Assembly: GCA_963816145.1 (NCBI GenBank) | Contig: CAWFJP010000003.1 | Coordinates: 256,001-320,000 of the forward strand | DNA: 64,000 nucleotides | Reading direction: 5' to 3' | DNA from: an uncultured delta proteobacterium | Lineage (GTDB): Bacteria > Desulfobacterota > Binatia > UBA9968 | Part shown: piece by piece, positions 60,311 to 64,000 of the stretch | How positions within the stretch are numbered: position 1 is the stretch's first letter | How the letters are laid out: each line of letters begins with the position of its first letter | Position numbers and translations under genes: made by a program | The notes under the pieces: generated by a model | What the model saw: the letters and a program-made list of their open reading frames with translations, nothing else | Told to the model about the DNA's origin: nothing | Databases searched by the model: none

Positions 60311-62046
60311 TCATCGGCGACCGCGCCGTGACTGCCGCAATTTTTCCGTTGCGCCTAGGTCGACAGCCGGTGCGGACTCCTGGATCACGACGCCATAGTC
60401 ATCGCGCGCCCCTCGGAGCGAAACATAGCCGTCCAACACATCGCCCAACACGGCGTCGGGATCGCGCGCTAACGGATCGCCGTAACCGCCGCCGGCGTTC
60501 ATGTTGACCTGCACGGTGTCGCCCGGCTTGAGCGCAGCTTCGCGAATGGTTTCGTCGAGCTCATTGCCGTTTACGGCATAGAAGCCCGTGCGCGCGGCCT
60601 GACCGCCGAGGACGCCCCAGGGCGGACACTTGCTGCGCATGTCGCCTTTGCCGCGCACCCGCACCGCGGCGTCGTCGAGCAACTGATATTCGCGAATGCA
60701 GCCGAGCCCGCCGCGGAACTTGCCCGGCCCGCCGGAGTCCGTGCGTACATCGAAACGGGTCACGCGCATGGGAAATTCGGTCTCGTGAATTTCAATCGGG
60801 CCGGGACGGAATTGGCCGACACCGAGGGTGCCGTGGATCAGCGAGATGCCGTCTTGTTTGCTGCTCGCGCCAAGCGCGGTGTCGAGCAGTTCCATAAACA
60901 CCCAGGGCTTGCCGCTCTTGCCGCCGGAGCTGGCAATGCGCACGCCGCCCCCGCCGCCGGATGAACCGACCGCCCGTGCGGGAGTGAATTTGCCGAGCGC
61001 GTTAAGCACGACATCAGCAGTGAGATAGGCCAGGGGTACGTAATAAGACACCGGCGCGCCGAAGCGCGGACAGACCACCGTCCCCAGTTTGAATTTTGTC
61101 TGCACCACGTCGACGAAGCCATGATTGAAAGGCAAGCTCGCGTCGGTCATCGCCATCAGGCCAAAGTAGCAAGTGTTCTTGATCAACGCCGAAGTGACGT
61201 TGACCGGGCCTCGCGCCTGTTCATCCGAAGCGCTAAAGTCGAAAAGAATCTCCCGGCCCTTTTTCGTCACGGCGACATGAACGCGGCGCTGGCGCTCGTA
61301 GCCAATGCCGTCGTGATCGAGAAAGCCTTCGGCTTCTTGAGTACCATCCGGCATGGCGTCGAGGGCGTCGCGCAACTGTGCGGCGACGCGCGCCATCAAC
61401 TCGCCGCAGCCGTCGCGCACGGTCTCGATCGCCGAATCGCTCACATAGCTCCTGCACCCGCTCGGCGCCAACCCGGCACGCCGCCACTTGGCCGCGCAGA
61501 TCGCCCAGTGTTTCCACGGGAATGCGGCTGTTGGCCGCGATGAAGCGTTCGATCTCGGGATTTACTTTGCCGCGCACGTAGAGTTTGCGTCGGCGGGATC
61601 ACCAATCCCTCCTCCCAAATATCTTGAGGCACATGGGCCTGGCGCGGCCCGCCGAGGTCGGCCTTGTGCGCCAGAGTCGCGGTGAACGCAACGAGCTGCC
61701 CCTGGGCGAACACCGGCATCAGCACCACCGTGTCGTTGGGATGGGTCACGTTGCCGGCATAGGGATGGTTGAAGACGATGACATCGCCGTCTTCGAAGTC
61801 ATCCATCTGGTAATATTCGCCCAGATGATCAGCCACTGCCGCGAACGACCCGAAATGGAGCGGCAGCTTTTTCGACACCGACACCGTGCGCAGGCGCGCG
61901 TCGAGCAGGCCGGCGCTGCCGTCTTCGGATTCGCGCAACACCGTCGAGTATCCGCTGTGAAACAACACGATGCGCATCTCTTCGATGACGCTGGTCACTT
62001 TCGAGTGGATCAATTCCAATGTAATCGGATCGAGTTTAGCCATCAT
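60311..62046 (-). CDS. Hydantoinase B/oxoprolinase family protein, frameshifts near 61585 and 61440
   Basis: NHPYAG.THPND, EEG / GDLRGQ / DSGGPGKFRGG, GGGYGDP. Confidence 0.85.
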
Positions 62047-62109
62047 GTGTTCTCCGCATGCCTGTTGAGTGAGTGGCTTATTGATCAAAATTACCAAGCT
62101 TTCACATCC

Positions 62110-62192
62110 GTCATTCCGGCGGAAGCCGGAATCCATCTTCTGATTGAGCATTTAAAAATTATCGGATGGATACCGGCTTTCGCCGGTATGAC
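62110..62192. repeat. GTCAT-type paired repeat
   Basis: gtcattccggcggaagccggaatcc...ggataccggctttcgccggtatgac. Confidence 0.8.
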
Positions 62193-62234
62193 GGAAAAGA
62201 ACCGACGCCGTTTCACCCTTGCTTGTGGAAGGAA

Positions 62235-64000
62235 TCATGCCAACTCAATGATGATATTGCCGAACCGGTCGATCTGCGCCGTTTGCCCGGGATGGACCAC
62301 GGTGGTCGAATCCATCTGTTCGATGATCGCCGGGCCGCGCAGGAGATTTCCCGAGCGCAGTTTTTCACGATCATACACCGGCGTATCGTGCCAACCGTCG
62401 AAATACGCTCGGCGCCGCGCTTTGATCGCAGCTTCGCAGTTAGCCCCGTGCGCCGGCGCTTCACCAGTAGCTGGCTTCGGCACAATCACCTTGGTGGTCA
62501 GCCGGTAATTGACGATTTCGACCTTTTGGTCTTCGGCGCGCGAACCGAAATGCTTTTCGTGTATCTCGTCGAAAGCCCGACGCCACGCGGCGACCGCGTC
62601 CGACTTCAACCCCGTGCGCGCCACCGGCACCGGCAGTTCGTATTTCTGAATGCTGTAACGTAGATCGATGGCCCGCTCATGGACAATCTGCTCCGGCGCA
62701 ATTCCCTGAGACTCGAACTCCTGCTGCGCCACCGCCTCCATGCTGTCGAAACGGCGCTGCAAATCGGCGACGATCGATCGATCCGAGATCGGCGAAGTGG
62801 GTTTGGATATAATCGCGCTTCAAATCTGAAACCAACAACCCCATCGCCGAGTGCACGCCAGGAGCAGCCGGAATGATCACGCGAGGAATTTTTAACTCTT
62901 CTGCCAACAATGCGGCATGCACCGGTCCGGCGCCACCGAACGCGACTAAGACGTATTCGCGCGGATCTTCGCCGCGTGACACGGTGACCAAGCGCAGCGC
63001 CTCGACCATGCCGGAGCTAACAATCTTAATGATACCGCTTGCAGCCTCGATGGTTTCCAGTTTCAACGGGTCGGCGATATGAGTCGCGATCGCGCGCTCG
63101 GCAGCCTTGGGATCGAGATGAAATTTGCCACCGACGAAGAATTCCGGATTGAGCCAGCCCAGAGTCACGTCGGCATCGGTCACCGTCGGAAGACTGCCGC
63201 CGTGAGGATAACAAGCCGGACCCGGATCAGCGCCGGCGCTTCGCGGCCCGACTTTGACCAGGCCGCTCTTGTCGATCCAGGCGATGCTGCCGCCGCCGGC
63301 GCCGATCTCGACGAGATCGAGTGACGGTGTCGAAATCAGCCACTCGCCGGCTTGAAAGCGCGGCACGACGCGGGGCTCGCCGTCTTGAACAATTCCGGCC
63401 TTGGCCGTCGTTCCGCCCATATCGAAAGAGATTACTTTGAGTTGCTCGGTCATACGCCCGATATGCGCCGCGCCGAGCACACCAGCGGCGGGTCCGGATT
63501 CGATCATGCGCACGGGAATGCTTTTGAGCGCGCCGCCGGTGAGACTGCCGCCATTGGACTGCATGATATAGAGCGGCTTGGTGATATGGCGCGATTTGAG
63601 GGCTGCTTCGAGTTTGTGAATGTAGCGATTCACCACGGGAGCGACATAAGCGTTGACCACCGTGGTAGTCAGGCGCGGGTACTCACGGATCTGCGGCAGC
63701 GTCTCACAGGACAAATAGACTTGCGCGTCGGGGACGACCTCCGCGACCAGCTCGCGCAAGCGCTGCTCATGGGCTGAATTCATGAATGAGAACAACAAAC
63801 AGACCGCCACCGACTCGACGCCCGTGCCCTTGAGCCGAGCCAAGCGACGGCGGGTCTCCTCTGCATCGAGCGCCTTCAAGACATTGCCGCGGAAATCGAC
63901 GCGCTCGGGAATCTGGATCGTCTCGCGCTGGCGCACCAGCATCGGCGGCTTTGGATAGGAAAGGTAATCGTAAGTTGCGCTGCGGGTTTCGCCCAATTCC
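62235..64000 (-). CDS. Hydantoinase A/oxoprolinase family protein (5' end outside window; frameshift near 62760)
   Basis: SGPAAG, DMGGTT, GAGGGS, SAGADPGPACY, FGGAGP, GPAIIEQ. Confidence 0.88.

Overview
Bacterial chromosomal window with no rRNA, tRNA or CRISPR array recognised. Gene content (many NMT1-type binding proteins, UbiD enzymes, amidohydrolases, LLM oxidoreductases, orphan molybdoenzyme subunits) suggests a Candidatus Binatia-like organism; this is an inference. The first ~8.7 kb is accessory: small hypothetical genes, a RAYT/Y1 HUH transposase bounded by a perfect 17-bp inverted repeat with stuttered micro-repeats outside both ends, and two tandem stand-alone adenylation-thiolation proteins. 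The rest is dense catabolic and transport genes, with at least 9 families of palindromic REP/MITE-like repeats between them, some nested. Items the ORF track misses or truncates: a DUF411 gene with an in-frame TGA at the conserved Cys (candidate selenoprotein), a 48-aa zinc-ribbon gene behind a UbiD, a 45-aa lipoprotein, a decayed zinc-ribbon paralog and a decayed duplicate of the CoA-transferase alpha 3' end. Seven genes are split by apparent small indels, probably assembly errors. All product calls come from motif recognition by eye, not database searches.
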